Below, in pieces: positions 39,085-49,419 of a stretch of DNA of 64,000 nt. Origin of the DNA: an uncultured Acidobacteriota bacterium (lineage in GTDB: Bacteria > Acidobacteriota > UBA6911). Under the pieces are notes generated by a model. That model saw nothing but the letters and a program-made list of their open reading frames with translations, was not told the origin of the DNA and did not search any database. A program made the position numbers and the translations under genes. The first letter of the stretch is position 1; every line of letters starts with the position of its first letter. The stretch spans positions 106,341-170,340 of the forward strand of contig CAWJKZ010000011.1 in the NCBI GenBank assembly GCA_963843575.1, in the 5' to 3' direction.

Positions 39085-39954
39085 CTAATTGATGCCGGGT
39101 GCCTTTGCCGCGACGACAGGGATGGCGGTGAACAGGCCACGGTCCTGCAGCAGGGCGACCACGGCGAACGTCCCGCTGCCTTGGGCAATGAGCACCATCG
39201 ACCCTTTGAACTGCAGGTTGGCATTGTTCAGGTCCTGGTACAGGAATCGTGCGACGTGAGCTCCGGGAGCAAGCGGGTTGAGCAGCGGCGGATTCAGGGT
39301 CTGGGACGGGCTTCCGTCGGGATTGACAACGACGATCCTGATGTTGACATTCTGATTCCCGGAATTGGCGATCGCGTAGCCCGTGAAGCGATTGGCAGCG
39401 CTGTCGTCGTCAACGGGTATGGTTGCCACGGAGACGGGCTGAGAGGCGAGGACGCCGGCGACCGTGGCCAAACTCGATCCGCTGCTCAGCCGGAAAGTGC
39501 CAACCCCGTTGGGCGAGCCGCCCGAGCTCATGATGCTGGCCCAGCCGGCCTTCGTCGAGTCGTTTGGGGTAACCGGATCGGCGGTGATGATCTGGGCACC
39601 CCCGGCCGGCACGTTGACAGCGGCGGAGGCCGCCACTGCGGGCTGGTTCTGGACTGACCCGGCGGAAGATAGCGAGGCGTTGAGGGGCCGCCCGTCGTCG
39701 GCGACCAGGAAAAGATCACCCGCCAGCGCGTCACTGCCCGTGTTCAGGATAGTGAACGTGGTGTTAAACCCGCCGCCAATGGCAATCTGTGCGAACAGGG
39801 CCGTGGTCGTCGCCGCGCCAACCGGACCCGGATCGACGAGGTTCATCCTGATCGTCGGCACCCCCTGACCGGGTGCCGCTGAGGCGGTATTCACTGTCAG
39901 GAAGACAAGAAAACAGAATACGGCGACAACGCTCCAGCGCGATTGAATTTGCAT
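39085..39954 (-). CDS. Hypothetical secreted protein (Ala/Gly/Ser/Thr-rich)
   Basis: Signal peptide MQIQSRWSVVAVFCFLVFLTVNTASA; 289 aa; low-complexity beta-rich composition; no known domain. Confidence 0.55.
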   Translation of the reverse strand: MQIQSRWSVVAVFCFLVFLTVNTASAAPGQGVPTIRMNLVDPGPVGAATTTALFAQIAIGGGFNTTFTILNTGSDALAGDLFLVADDGRPLNASLSSAGSVQNQPAVAASAAVNVPAGGAQIITADPVTPNDSTKAGWASIMSSGGSPNGVGTFRLSSGSSLATVAGVLASQPVSVATIPVDDDSAANRFTGYAIANSGNQNVNIRIVVVNPDGSPSQTLNPPLLNPLAPGAHVARFLYQDLNNANLQFKGSMVLIAQGSGTFAVVALLQDRGLFTAIPVVAAKAPGIN

Positions 39955-40063
39955 AGGGCCCACCCGAGAAGCTGAGAAGTTAACCGGGGACACCCACCAA
40001 ACCCCGGCCATTTTTTAAATGCTACTACGGCCAAGGCCAGGGTTCAATACCATCACCGCCGGA

Positions 40064-41977
40064 TCATTGGGGCCGAACGTTCGGGCCGGTGGTCAGTTGG
40101 CGGCCGGCACGAAGTGAACCGATGCGCTCGCGCAATTCCCTGATCCGATCACGGTAAATCCCGGCAGCGTCCCTCGACTCCAGCGACCGCAATTCCCTTT
40201 CGGCCTCTGCGAACCTGTCCAATTCGATCAGCGCATGAGTTGTCAGGAGGGGTGTCTCAAGCAGTGCAGGCGCGAGTGCCCTCAGGCGGTCGAGGGTCGC
40301 CAAGCCAGCCGCGGCGTTGCCCCGTTGGATCTGCAGCGTTGCCAGGCTCTGGTAGGCTGGCCAGTAATCCGATCTGTAGGTGACGACCTGTCTGTAATGT
40401 GCCTCCGCCTCCTCGAATCTGCCTTGTATTACGAGGACGTTACCCAGGTTCTGATGAGCCTGCCAGAAAGCGGGGTCGAGCTTCAGGGTTCTGATGTAGT
40501 AGGAGCGGGCGTCATCGAATCTGCCGGCCGTCTGCTCCATCCAGCCCATGTTGTACAGCGCGCCGACGTGATCCGCCTGCAGTTCCAGAGTTTTCAGGAA
40601 CTCCGTTTTGGCTGCGTCGCGGTCGACCCCCAATGTGGCCACGGCGAGATTGTAGTGGGCCCTCGGGCTCCAGGGAGCCTTGTCAACGGCGTCCTTCCAC
40701 AGCCGGATGTCATCCCCCCATATGAAGGTTCGGCGATGGGAAAGCCCGGCATACCCCGCCAGCAAGATTACGACTGCAGCCGCCCACGCCGTGATAAGCG
40801 CAGGTCGGCGTGCGGCCCATGGTGCACAAATACGCCATCCGGCCCAGGCGAGCAGGGTGGAACCGGCCATCATCGGGAGATACAGTCGGTGCTCGAACAT
40901 CAGATCGACGCTGGGAATGAACGAGGACGTCGGCAGCAGCAGTATCAGAAAAGCCGCAGCCAGAAAGGCAGCCAGAGGATCTTTCGACCTGAGCCTGACG
41001 ATACCCACCACAACCGCCACCAGCAGGAGAGCGCTCGCGACGCCATAGACCGACAGCGGAGGGGCCGGCCGATAGGCGTGGTCGATCGAGAGCCCCCACG
41101 GCCAGGCGAGGAACCGCAAATAGAGCGCAAACACCTGGATCTGCGCAAGTACGTAGCTCCAAGCCTTCGTCATCAGTCGAAAGCCCACCGTCGATTCGCC
41201 ACCCCGGTAGAGAATGAGCAGCATCCATGCCGCGGCGGCAGTTGCTGCAGTGGTGGACAGCACGATCGCGCGGTGCCTGCGGGTGAATGACCCCTGAAAT
41301 GTCCGCCGACCCGCCAGGGAAGACCAGCCAAACGCGACCGCGACCAGCGGGAGTACAACTGCAGACTCCTTCGAGGCGACGGCCAGCAGGAAACTCACGG
41401 CCGCGACCGATACCAGAATCCTGCGCTTCCAGCCTTCGGCCGGCTCGAAGAGGGCCGCTGCGCAGATGAGCGCAAAGAAGCCGGCAAGGAGGACGGATCG
41501 CTGATACACGTAGTTCACGGCTTCGGATTGGATTGGGTGGAGGGCGAATATGCCGGCGGCTGCCAGCGACGGCCACCGCCCCGTCGGCTCGGAGGATGCC
41601 TGCGGGCGCTTAGCAAAGAGAAGCCGCGCCACCAGGTAAAGCAGAAGCACGTTGACGAGGTGAATTCCCAGGTTTGCGGCGTGGTATCCGGCCGGCTCCG
41701 TTCCGCCCAGCCGGTAGTTCCAGTGGAATGTCAAGTAGGTGAACTGGCGAAGTTGCGTTGGGTCGAGATCCTTGATCCAGGCCCGGGGATCGGTCACGCG
41801 CGCGCTCTGCAAGAACAGGCTGTCGTCAAAATGAAATGGAGCGGTCAGGGATCCCCAGTACGTCCACGCGGTGATGGCCGCCAGAGCGGCCAGGCCGAAG
41901 TAAGAACCGACACTGTTGAGAGTTGCGCGTTTCGACGGTTGCGCGGATGTGCGGGTCAGTAATTGTGAGCGCACCAC
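40064..41977 (-). CDS. Polytopic membrane protein with C-terminal TPR repeats (DUF1736/TMTC-like O-glycosyltransferase-like)
   Basis: N-terminal ~11 TM segments with HFDD motif; C-terminal TPR repeats (AHYNLAVATLG, ALYNMGWMEQTAGRFDDARSYYIRTLKLDP, AHQNLGNVLVIQGRFEEAEAHY). Confidence 0.7.
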   Translation of the reverse strand: MVRSQLLTRTSAQPSKRATLNSVGSYFGLAALAAITAWTYWGSLTAPFHFDDSLFLQSARVTDPRAWIKDLDPTQLRQFTYLTFHWNYRLGGTEPAGYHAANLGIHLVNVLLLYLVARLLFAKRPQASSEPTGRWPSLAAAGIFALHPIQSEAVNYVYQRSVLLAGFFALICAAALFEPAEGWKRRILVSVAAVSFLLAVASKESAVVLPLVAVAFGWSSLAGRRTFQGSFTRRHRAIVLSTTAATAAAAWMLLILYRGGESTVGFRLMTKAWSYVLAQIQVFALYLRFLAWPWGLSIDHAYRPAPPLSVYGVASALLLVAVVVGIVRLRSKDPLAAFLAAAFLILLLPTSSFIPSVDLMFEHRLYLPMMAGSTLLAWAGWRICAPWAARRPALITAWAAAVVILLAGYAGLSHRRTFIWGDDIRLWKDAVDKAPWSPRAHYNLAVATLGVDRDAAKTEFLKTLELQADHVGALYNMGWMEQTAGRFDDARSYYIRTLKLDPAFWQAHQNLGNVLVIQGRFEEAEAHYRQVVTYRSDYWPAYQSLATLQIQRGNAAAGLATLDRLRALAPALLETPLLTTHALIELDRFAEAERELRSLESRDAAGIYRDRIRELRERIGSLRAGRQLTTGPNVRPQ

Positions 41978-42339
41978 GTCCCCTTTCCTGCATCAGCTCG
42001 GCCCGCACCGCCTCCGATGGGAGCACACCGTAGCGCGGCCGTTCCACCCGTACTTTTCCGACCAAGAGCAGCTGGGGGCTCCACCCCGAGGCCCCGTGCG
42101 CTGGTGGGATCGCCTGCTCACGAAGAATCACGCTTGTTGTAGGAAATCGCAGACGGATGGAAAAAACAAGCTGCAATTCTTTGAATCCGGCTCGAGTTTC
42201 CGGGGATCCTGCCTTCCGTCTTTCGACCAGACTGCTGTTCGATCGTCTTGGTGCCGTCCTCTTCGGATTTGGGGAATAAGGTGGATACATCGCAAGCGCC
42301 GTGGCATCCTTAACGCCTACACCTTTTAAGGAGGTACTT

Positions 42340-42438
42340 TATGGCGAAGGGATTGATTCAGAAAAAGGCGGTCAAGAAGAAACCAGCCAAGACGGTAAAG
42401 CAAAAACGCGCTGCCAAGGTAGCCAAGAAGAAAGGTTA
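42340..42438 (+). CDS. Small Lys-rich basic protein (32 aa)
   Basis: Strong RBS TAAGGAGGT 7 nt upstream; MAKGLIQKKAVKKKPAKTVKQKRAAKVAKKKG. Below the ORF-track size cutoff. Confidence 0.4.
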
Positions 42439-42460
42439 ATGCCGGCTGCCTCAAGGACCC

Positions 42461-42500
42461 GGATAACACGGATGAACGCGGACAGATGACAGATCCGCGT
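42461..42500. repeat. ATCCGCG REP-like hairpin
   Basis: TGAACGCGGA-CAGATGACAGA-TCCGCGTTCA. Confidence 0.6.
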
Positions 42501-42650
42501 TCAAATCCGCCCGGTGGCCTGCTTGCGTCATTTCCATGGCTCCGGCCTGTTGCAGCCGAAAAAGAAGGCCGGGGCCGGAATTTTGTGATAATCCGCGTTT
42601 TTGAGCCGGAAAAGTGCCGGATGGCGCTCTCGATTGGCTGGACCCATGGC

Positions 42651-43917
42651 TCAGGTCCTGACTGCACTGCATGCGGTGTCTGATCGTTGGGGCCCTATGC
42701 AACGGGTGGGATCGATTTTCAGCCAAAGCACTGCGCCCAGGCCGAGGACTGACGCCACGACAATCAGCGGCAGATTGAAACCACCGGAGAGTGCTGCCAG
42801 GTAACCAAATGAGATCGAGAGAAGGAATGAACCTAGCTGCGCGGCCGTATTCATGGAGCCCGAGACTGTTCCCGCGTGCTTTCCGCCGACGTCCAGGCAG
42901 ACCGCCCAGACGGCCGGTTGCTGGAAGGCAATGCCCGCGTAGCTCAATCCCAGCAGCGCCAGGGCCAACAGGTTGTTGGGTGTGAATGCAGCCGCCAACA
43001 TGAAAAGAGCTGCGGCGGACAGACTCGCCATACCCGTCGCACGCCGGCCCCACTTCAATCCCAGCCTCTTCACCGTCAGGTCGCTCGCATATCCTCCGAC
43101 AACCGTTGGCCAGGGCACCGAGCACGAAGGGCACTGTGGAAAGCAGGAGTTCGCTCTCCCCGAAGCCCCGGCCTTTGGCCAGATAAGTCGGAAGCCAGGA
43201 GATGAAGAAGTACATGCCATAGCAGTAGGTTAGTGCCAGTGTCATGAGCGCCCAGAGATTTCCATCCCGGAACAAGCCCCCCCATGGCAGCCGATCTCCA
43301 TGCGGCATCGGGGCGATGCCGATCTCGTCCAGTTCCTGCCTCGTGATGGCAGGCTTGTCTCCGGGATTGTCCCGATACCAGAGATACCATACCGCGCACC
43401 ATCCCATGCCAATCAAGCCGAAGAGGAAAAATGAGGTTCGCCAGCCGTAACGCATCTGGATCGGGACGACCAGCAGGGGGGAAAGGGCGGCTCCCGCTTG
43501 GCTCGCCATCCAGACAATACCAAAGGCGCCGCCGCGCTCTGCCTGGGGAAACCAGCGTGAGATGCTCGTAGCGGTGGTGGGATAGGCTCCTGCCTCGCCC
43601 ATGCCGAAACAGAAGCGGGTCAGGAGAAGGGAGTAGTAGTTCGAAACCGTCCCTGTGAGGCAGGTGAAGGCCGACCACCAGCAAACAATTCGCGTCAGCA
43701 CTCGCCGGGCGCCGATCCGATCTCCCAGCGAACCACTCGGAATCTCAAATGCCCCATAGGCGATTGCGAATACGCCGACCACCCAACCCCAGGCCTGCAG
43801 ACTGATGTTCAATTCCTCCTGCATTCGAGGACCTGCGACTGAGATGCAGACCCGATCGAGGTAGGTGATCGCGGAAAGCATCGAAAGGAGCACAAGGACG
43901 CGATGCCGCAATTTCAT
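42651..43917 (-). CDS. MFS transporter (ACS/anion-cation symporter-like), frameshifted
   Basis: MFS TM pattern, D-R-x-G-R-R-like DRIGARRVL. N-terminal 265 aa in the 43917 frame; the C-terminal half (VVGGYASDLTVKRLGLKWGRR...) continues in another frame (ORF 42651-43220). The break is near 43080-43130. Confidence 0.7.
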
Positions 43918-44005
43918 GTGGCGATGATAGATTCAACGGGTTGCGCAAGTGAAGAGGATTCACCCCTCGCTGTACGGTATACAATATTGCGTGCTGGAGT
44001 GTGGC

Positions 44006-45880
44006 ATGACAAATCCCCTTCCTATCCGGCCCGGCGGCAGTTTCATTGCCTTTGACAAGATTGAGATCAATGGTTCGATCCCCGAGCGCTTCGAACGACA
44101 GGTGCAGGTTTATTCCGGGAGACTCGCGATCCAGTTCGGGAATCATGCGCTGACATACGCGGACTTGAATGAGGCCGCTAACCGGATAGCACAAGCCCTC
44201 CTGTACCTATCCTCGCGGGAGCGGGAGACCATCGCGTTGCTGATTGAGCAGGGGGGTCTACTCATAGCCGCGATCCTGGGAATCCTCAAGGCGGGCAGGA
44301 TCTACGTCCCACTGGATCCGCAGCACCCCCGATCACGACTCGAATATATGCTCTCCGATGCCGAGCCAACCTGGATTTTGACGCACGACACCCATCTGGC
44401 ATTGGCCGACGGATTGGCCCCGGAGGGTTGTAGAGTGCTCAATGTCGAGCGGCTCGACGCATCGGGAATTGCCCGAAATCCTTCCCCTCAAGCCGGCCCG
44501 GATTCTCTCGCCTGCCTCTATTACACATCGGGATCCACCGGCCGGCCCAAAGGCGTCGTTGACAGCCACCGGAATGTCCTTCACAACATCATGCGATACA
44601 CGAACGGGTTGTCTTTTTCCCCGGAGGACAGGTTTTCGCTCATTCAATCCTGCGGTTTCAGTGGTTGTGTCTCGACCATGTTCGGCGCACTGCTCAATGG
44701 GGCCTCGGTCTTTCCTTACGACCTGCAGAAAGCCGGATCCGCCGGGCTCAGCGATTGGGCGCGGCAAAGCGGAATAACGATCTATCACTCGGTCCCGGCC
44801 CTGTTCCGTGAGCTGGCGTGCGGCACGAGCCAGTTTCCCAGTGTTCGACTTATCCGCCTTGAAGGTGACCAGGCCTCGCGCAAGGACGTTGAGCTGTATC
44901 GCAGGCATTTCAGTCCGGAGTGTCTGCTTGTCAATGGGCTGGGTACCACCGAGACCGGAATTGTCCGCCGCTTTGTTATCGACCACCGGACGACGGTGCC
45001 GGAGGGGCCTCTGCCGGTGGGATATGCCGTTGATGACATGATTGTCCTCGTTTTGGATGAAGAGGGCCGCCCGCTGGTGGACTGTGAAATAGGGGAAATT
45101 GCCGTCCAGAGCGAATATCTTGCCTCGGGCTATTGGCGCCGACCGGATCTGACTGCGGCATGTTTCCGGCGAGATCCAGAAAATTCACGCGCGCGCATCT
45201 ATCGGACGGGTGACCTGGGTCGCATGCGTTCGGATGGCTGCCTCGAGCACCTCGGTCGCAAGGACTTCCACGGAAAAATAAGGGGACAATGGGTTGAAAT
45301 CGAGGCAGTCGAATCCGCGCTGCTCGACATGGGCGCCTTTAAGGACATAGCGGTTGTCACACGTCAGGACCCGGCCGAAGAAACGCGCCTCGTGGCTTAC
45401 CTCGTGCCTGCCACCGATTTGCCCCCGACGGTGAGCGCCCTGCGGCGGGTTCTCGAACAGAAGCTACCCAGGCAGTCGATTCCCTCTTCCTACGTCTTGC
45501 TCGATGCCCTGCCGTTGAACGAACACCGGAAGCTGGACCGGAGCGCCCTTCCTCCGCCCGAGAGGACTCGGCCGTGCCTGAGCCAGCCATATGAAGCGCC
45601 TCACACTCCCCTGGAGCAGGTCGTTGCGGACATTTGGGTTGAGGTACTGCAACTGGACCGGGTGGGCATTCATGACAGTTTCTTTGACTTGGGCGGGGAT
45701 TCACTGACGGCGGGACGAGTGCTGTCGCGGGTGCGCCTTTCGTTTTCTGTCGAATTGAGCCTGCGCCAGTTTTTCGATGCCCCGACCGTCCATCAAATGG
45801 CACTCGAGATTCAGGAAGTTCTTGTTGCGCCCGCCATCGTGCCACGGGCGCAAGGACCCCAAGATACCCCACCAAGTTGA
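44006..45880 (+). CDS. Non-ribosomal peptide synthetase-type adenylation-thiolation (A-T) didomain protein
   Basis: A-domain cores LTYADLNEAANRIA, YTSGSTGRPKGV, GLGTTETG, YRTGDLGR, GRKDFHGKIRG; PCP core FFDLGGDSLTAGR. Confidence 0.8.
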   Translation: MTNPLPIRPGGSFIAFDKIEINGSIPERFERQVQVYSGRLAIQFGNHALTYADLNEAANRIAQALLYLSSRERETIALLIEQGGLLIAAILGILKAGRIYVPLDPQHPRSRLEYMLSDAEPTWILTHDTHLALADGLAPEGCRVLNVERLDASGIARNPSPQAGPDSLACLYYTSGSTGRPKGVVDSHRNVLHNIMRYTNGLSFSPEDRFSLIQSCGFSGCVSTMFGALLNGASVFPYDLQKAGSAGLSDWARQSGITIYHSVPALFRELACGTSQFPSVRLIRLEGDQASRKDVELYRRHFSPECLLVNGLGTTETGIVRRFVIDHRTTVPEGPLPVGYAVDDMIVLVLDEEGRPLVDCEIGEIAVQSEYLASGYWRRPDLTAACFRRDPENSRARIYRTGDLGRMRSDGCLEHLGRKDFHGKIRGQWVEIEAVESALLDMGAFKDIAVVTRQDPAEETRLVAYLVPATDLPPTVSALRRVLEQKLPRQSIPSSYVLLDALPLNEHRKLDRSALPPPERTRPCLSQPYEAPHTPLEQVVADIWVEVLQLDRVGIHDSFFDLGGDSLTAGRVLSRVRLSFSVELSLRQFFDAPTVHQMALEIQEVLVAPAIVPRAQGPQDTPPS

Positions 45881-46073
45881 ACCGCGGCGGCGGCACAAGG
45901 GCCGCCAGCCAGGCCACGAGCGTCCACAGCCGGTTGAGGAAGTATGGGAAGTCTGCCGCCAGACCCCCGAAGGACCGGGGAGCTGCTCATGAGAGAGGCA
46001 ACATCCACCGTGACCTGAAACCTGCCAACCTGTGCCTGTTCTGAGTTCTCTCCCGAGCTGTTGCCGGCTGCTT

Positions 46074-47336
46074 TCAAATCGTGCGCGCCAGACGTCGAAT
46101 GACTTCGAGACAGGCCCGCGAAGCGTGGTAGGGGCCTCGCCAGGGACCGGCCTTTGTGCCGTCGATTTTTCCCTCGGGATCTATTGCCGCGTACCATTCA
46201 CCGCACTCACGGTCCACGAAGTCATCGAGAATGAACTGTGCCTCGTGCTCGAACGCCTGCCAATATTTCAGCCGCCCCGTCAACTGGTAGGCGTTTAGAG
46301 TTCCGACAAGAGCCTCGGCCTGTTGCCACCATTCTTTGCGCTTCCTGTCGGCGGGGCCTGACGCCGGCCCTTCCAGGAAGAGTCCGCCGCGCTGGTTGTC
46401 AAAGCCGTCGCGCAGCGCGTGATCCACCAACGCCAGGCAGGTTCGCTCGACCCTGGAATCCCGGCCACGCCCGACAAGCGCCGCGGCTTCAGGGACGAGC
46501 CAGCTCATCTCCATGTCGAGACCGTACACACACCGGATCGAATCGCCGTCTCGGTCGGCGGGCTGCCAATCGTCCGTGAAGTACAACCGGGCGTAGCCCT
46601 GCTCCAAGTCCACAACCCTTTCCACGAAGATATCCACCAATTCCTCAACGCGGGCGCGAACGTCGGCTTCCCCGGTCACATCGTAAAGCGTGGCCAACGC
46701 CTCAAGGAGGCCGAGGTGCCAATCCGATGACTTTCGGCCGTGGGAGGCAACCAGGACCGGGTGAACCTCCTCGTCCGGCGCGACACATGACGAGGCGGTG
46801 GTTCCTGAATCGCGTTGGTAGTCCCGAATCGGCTGCCAGTCCTCGGTGAAGGCGACGTGGTAGCCCCCGTACACGCCATCGTGGGCGCGGCGGTCCATGA
46901 CCTCAAACAGGTCCAGCGCTTCCTGGCGGGCCTGCGCGTCGTGGAACGCAAGCGCATACTCGGCCAGTCCCTCGAGCACATAGGACATCGGATTCAGAAG
47001 CTTCGTGCCGTCGAGCAGCCGACCTTGGCGGTCAACCAACCAGCAGTAGCCGCCCCGCTTCGCGTCCCACATCTTGGCGCGCAGGAACTTCAGGAGGTGC
47101 GTGGCCGCTTCCGCGTAAATGGGCTCGGGGTAGCGCCGGTAGACTTCGGCGAACGTCCACAATAGTCGCCCCTGCTGCGCCACGGATTTGGTACCGGGAG
47201 GAACCGGGTTGCCTTGTCGGTCGAGCCAGCCCATGGCGCCGCCGTATTGACGGTCGATGCCGTGGTCAATCCAGAATTGCAGGACGCCGTGCAAGAGATT
47301 GTCGCGAAATTCCACCATCCAGTCGCGCTTCGGCAT
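46074..47336 (-). CDS. N-acyl-D-glucosamine 2-epimerase (AGE) family protein (cellobiose-2-epimerase-like), cytoplasmic
   Basis: MPKRDWMVEFRDNLLHGVLQFW... AGE-type (alpha/alpha)6 barrel; no signal peptide. Confidence 0.8.
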   Translation of the reverse strand: MPKRDWMVEFRDNLLHGVLQFWIDHGIDRQYGGAMGWLDRQGNPVPPGTKSVAQQGRLLWTFAEVYRRYPEPIYAEAATHLLKFLRAKMWDAKRGGYCWLVDRQGRLLDGTKLLNPMSYVLEGLAEYALAFHDAQARQEALDLFEVMDRRAHDGVYGGYHVAFTEDWQPIRDYQRDSGTTASSCVAPDEEVHPVLVASHGRKSSDWHLGLLEALATLYDVTGEADVRARVEELVDIFVERVVDLEQGYARLYFTDDWQPADRDGDSIRCVYGLDMEMSWLVPEAAALVGRGRDSRVERTCLALVDHALRDGFDNQRGGLFLEGPASGPADRKRKEWWQQAEALVGTLNAYQLTGRLKYWQAFEHEAQFILDDFVDRECGEWYAAIDPEGKIDGTKAGPWRGPYHASRACLEVIRRLARTI

Positions 47337-47387
47337 ATGCCCTCGTGACTTGTGCCGGCAATTGTACCACTCGCGTGAATCCGTCAA

Positions 47388-47666
47388 GCAGAACGCGGAT
47401 CTTCGCGGATTTTACGGATTCACGCGGATCGGCCGCGCCCGGCATTCCTCCCCGAGGGCCGGCGCTTCGCGCCGAGGCATCAAAGCCCGGCTCCCGCAGG
47501 AAAGCGCGCGGTTGGAAGGATGCCGCTTCGATTCAAGGTCCACGTTTTCCTGCGGGAGCCGGGCTTTGATGCGTGCCAAAGGCAGCCCTCGGGGAGGAAT
47601 GCCGGGCGCGGCCTGCCACCAGGCAGCAATCCGCGTGTATCCGCGTAGATCTGCGTCCTGGAAACG
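47388..47666. repeat. MITE-like palindromic element with REP-type ends
   Basis: Internal inverted repeat: left arm 47431-47503 and right arm 47545-47613 share two perfect blocks (29 bp GGCCGCGCCCGGCATTCCTCCCCGAGGGC; 27 bp CATCAAAGCCCGGCTCCCGCAGGAAA) in inverted orientation. The arms are flanked by CGCGGATC-rich ends, CAGAACGCGGATCTTCGCGGATTTTACGGATTCACGCGGATC and ATCCGCGTGTATCCGCGTAGATCTGCGTCCTGGAAACG. Confidence 0.75.
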
Positions 47667-47717
47667 TTAGCGTGTTTCTGAACACGAGTACTTAGTGATG
47701 GTGCCGTGTCAGCGGTT

Positions 47718-47752
47718 GACAGTAAACCAGCCGGGCCTTAGGATACAGCCCA
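47718..47752 (+). promoter_or_regulatory. Candidate sigma70-type promoter (TTGACA-17-TAGGAT) ahead of a ~430-nt leader
   Basis: GCGGTTGACAGTAAACCAGCCGGGCCTTAGGATACAG, ~430 nt upstream of the sulfotransferase start; no convincing ORF in between. Confidence 0.3.
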
Positions 47753-48177
47753 GTACCACGTGTGCCGCAATTTCGCATGCGCCGGGTCCTGGAGGATGCC
47801 CCTTCAGGAGGAATCCACGGTTGGTCGGGCCGCCATCCGAAGGATCATAGAGTGCCATAAGGGGTCGGTTGCACGACATCGAATACCGGCGCCGGGCAGA
47901 TGCTCGAAAATGGTTTCTTTGGCTGGCTCGCCAGGCAGGTTCGCGGCGCGGTGCGATGTAACGAGATTTCCGTTTCGCTTCTCTCCACCCCAACCTCATA
48001 TCCCCTGAACGCTGCAGAGCGATCTCTCGCAGCTACTGGAGCTGCATGACGTATGCGGGACTGCGAGCTGAGAGACGATGACACCATCGTCTTTGGGCAA
48101 GTGCCCGAAGGTATCTGCGCACCTCGTCCCCGCCAAGTAAGGGCGGCAGGCGAAGTTACTCCGGGTTCATTAAGAAC

Positions 48178-49419
48178 ATGAGCGAACGAGAAGCGTCCTG
48201 TGAAACGGCCCAGGGAAAAATCGTGAAGCCCTTGTCCCCGACTCCGCGGCCTATCTTTATCATTGGTTCACCCCGGTCGGGAACCAGCATTCTCACATGG
48301 TGCCTGGGGCAGCACCCTGACATCCTACCTTTGGAGGAGGGCAACTGGCTGGACAAGTTTGCATTGGAGTTGGGATCGACCTACGAGTGTGGCACCAGGC
48401 GAGGGGAGCGGGCCCAACTCGCAGCGCTGGGAATCAGCCGCGATGAGTTTTACGAATCGTTCGGTTCCGCCATCAATGCTCTCATCCTGAGTTGCCGTGA
48501 CCGATTGTATGAACGTGCGCATGCAAGCGCCGTGCTCGACCCGACCCAGATACACCCTTCATTCAAGCTGACGCGAGAGACAGGCGAACCGAAACTCCGA
48601 TGGACGGATGGGACGCCCGAATATTCCCTTTGCGTCTACGGGCTGCTCAAGCTTTTTCCAGAAGCCCGGTTCATTCACGTCGTTCGAGACGTCAAATCCG
48701 TGGTCAGATCGTTGGTGAGGTTTTCGTCGCAGGGGCAATCCATAGTCCGTAACGAGCGTGAAGCTTACGAATACTGGCTCAGGACGACCCGTGCGTGTGT
48801 AACCGCCGAGCAAGCACTTGGCCCAGGCCGGATTCGTCGGGTTCGCCACGTTGACCTGATGAAAGATCCGGTGCGTACGTTTACAGGTCTCCTCGACTTT
48901 CTGGGCGAGCCATTCTGCCCGCGGTGTCTCGAACCGCTGGAAGTTCGCATCAACAGCTCGAAGGTTCCGCCGGAGTTCGATAGCCGTGACGGAACATCTC
49001 CGACAACTGTCCTGGAGGAGGCCGAGATTCTCAGCGACCGGCTCCAGCGAATGGAACAACCGTCTCTTCCAGATTTGCGTAAGATGGCGGAGGTGGAAGA
49101 CGCGTTCTGGGATCGGGTGCGGTACGTCGGAAGTCTGGATGCCGAACTCGACAGGAGTATCGCGAACTACGTTGCCCTTGAGGAAGCCCTAGCCGACCGG
49201 ACCGAGTGGGCACAGAAACTGGTCAGGGAAATAGCTGACCGTGACGAAACGATCCGCCGGTACCAGCATGAATTAGGGAAACGCACCATCAGATACGGCC
49301 TGTGGCGGTTTGGCCAGCTTCTGTCACGAAGACTTCGGCTCAGGCCCGATCCCGAGGGGGGTTCTCCGAACCATCCCTCCCGCCAATATTCGGAGAGTAG
49401 AGACACCCGGCCGCACTGA
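48178..49419 (+). CDS. Sulfotransferase family protein with C-terminal coiled-coil extension
   Basis: PAPS-binding P-loop IFIIGSPRSGTSIL (5'-PSB) and an RxxxxxS-type 3'-PB region (ARFIHVVRDVKSVVRS). C-terminal ~150 aa are predicted helical. Confidence 0.75.
   Translation: MSEREASCETAQGKIVKPLSPTPRPIFIIGSPRSGTSILTWCLGQHPDILPLEEGNWLDKFALELGSTYECGTRRGERAQLAALGISRDEFYESFGSAINALILSCRDRLYERAHASAVLDPTQIHPSFKLTRETGEPKLRWTDGTPEYSLCVYGLLKLFPEARFIHVVRDVKSVVRSLVRFSSQGQSIVRNEREAYEYWLRTTRACVTAEQALGPGRIRRVRHVDLMKDPVRTFTGLLDFLGEPFCPRCLEPLEVRINSSKVPPEFDSRDGTSPTTVLEEAEILSDRLQRMEQPSLPDLRKMAEVEDAFWDRVRYVGSLDAELDRSIANYVALEEALADRTEWAQKLVREIADRDETIRRYQHELGKRTIRYGLWRFGQLLSRRLRLRPDPEGGSPNHPSRQYSESRDTRPH

Noticed and set aside
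40235-41290. 351-aa plus-strand ORF opposite the TPR membrane protein gene
   Set aside because: Arg-rich shadow; the minus frame has TM helices and TPR repeats.
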